From contig NIVC01000575.1 of NCBI GenBank assembly GCA_002269645.1, forward strand, positions 310,001 to 374,000: a stretch of DNA of 64,000 bases. Direction: 5' to 3'. The DNA is from Macrostomum lignano (lineage: Eukaryota). The notes beneath the pieces were generated by a model. That model was not told the origin of the DNA and did not search any database. It saw only the letters and a program-made list of their open reading frames with translations. Of the stretch, positions 59,618-64,000 are shown piece by piece; position 1 is the stretch's first letter; every line of letters starts with the position of its first letter. The translations under genes were made by a program, and so were the position numbers.

Positions 59618-59827
59618 TGGACAACTTGTTTCTGTCGAAAAAATAATTTAACGAACGAAAGAGGAAAATCGCCGGACTGCCTACTATGGGGCTAGGATAG
59701 GGCCTACCCTGGTCCCTGGCCAACATTGCCAATGGAATAGACTTTGATTGCTCCTAGGCTTTGCCAGTCTGTGACACACTATTTGACATGCCCTGATGCT
59801 AACTGTGATTGTTTGGGTTTCAGTCCA

Positions 59828-59921
59828 TTTCGGCGAAAGCCCACTTCGGCGAAGGCCACTTCGGCGAAAGACCATTTCGGAGAATCCACTTCGGCGAATG
59901 CAATTGACCACTTCGGCGAAC
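59828..59921. repeat. Six dispersed CAYTTCGGCGAA motifs (transposon subterminal-type repeats)
   Basis: Direct reading; no partner end was found. Confidence 0.5.
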
Positions 59922-60475
59922 GATATAATATAATTTATTTAACTTTACATTAAATATAATTTGAATTATAATAGTATTTATTACTACAACTAAAAATTTA
60001 GTACTAAAATTGTAAATTTTTCTATCGCCTTTTGTTGTACTTTCTTAACACAGAATAGTCAGTCCGCTCTTATGTTCAAAATTTTGTTCTAAGTAAAAGA
60101 ATAAGCCTAAGAAAAAAACAAACCTTGCTAAGAACTTGGTAAGTCAAGAATGTCATCCAAGTACATGGTTGACTTGGGAAGTTTAGCGTGTTTTTTTACC
60201 CGAGTACTTCAGATACAGATTTTTTACCTTAGCTCGTATTTTTTCAGTTTAAACAGGAGTAGTTTTAAGAATATTCTTAAAAATACATGCAGCGCAAATT
60301 AAATGTACATAGCTATATGTTCTTAAAACGTCCACTTTCTAATTGAAAACCTAGCTAAATGGTCAGTTACATGTAATTTTGCTTTACAAACGAAGTCAAA
60401 GTCGAATTCAAATCAGGAAAACAATAGTGCTTTTAGTACATTATGTACTTTATTGGTTTCGAAATTACATGCACA

Positions 60476-63853
<3,378 letters not shown>

Positions 63854-64000
63854 GCATGTATATACCAAGGACGACTTAAGTAGAAGGACGGGAAACCTCG
63901 TTTCTTAGAAAATTTTTGAAGGCACTTTTTCCCGAAAAAATACACTACGGAGATAGGAAGTTTTCATTTTTTCAGCACAAAAATTGTTATTGCGTTTGAT

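Overview
Eukaryotic (metazoan) genomic DNA with GT-AG introns and the standard code; no prokaryotic features or CRISPR arrays were found. The short introns, dense mini- and microsatellites and 5'-UTR acceptors resemble a free-living flatworm such as Macrostomum, but this is inference only. Five host genes could be modelled. (1) A nearly intronless ~1431-aa J-domain protein with an unusual multi-domain body and a toxin-like C-terminal tip (21722-26108, -). (2) The Qb-SNARE Vti1a (33144-34637, +). (3) A 5'-incomplete GNAT acetyltransferase + PARP-like ART fusion with one frameshift (37632-43233, +). (4) A divergent Rac/RhoG-like GTPase (47007-49388, -). (5) maelstrom, with HMG and MAEL domains (51939-57329, -). 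Mobile DNA includes a young, intact Ty3/Gypsy Mag-like LTR element inserted in a (GTAA)n microsatellite (6656-11242) and a Tc1-like foldback with a 91-bp tandem expansion in one arm. There are three copies of a non-autonomous Helitron-like family. One copy hosts an 8-bp-TSD MITE carrying a 63-nt 28S rRNA fragment altered exactly at the R2/I-PpoI cut site. Also present are a foldback element in a maelstrom intron, tRNA-derived SINEs, and Merlin and non-LTR RNase H relics. About 20 tandem arrays fill the introns and intergenic space. Domain calls come from motif recognition by eye; no searches were run.
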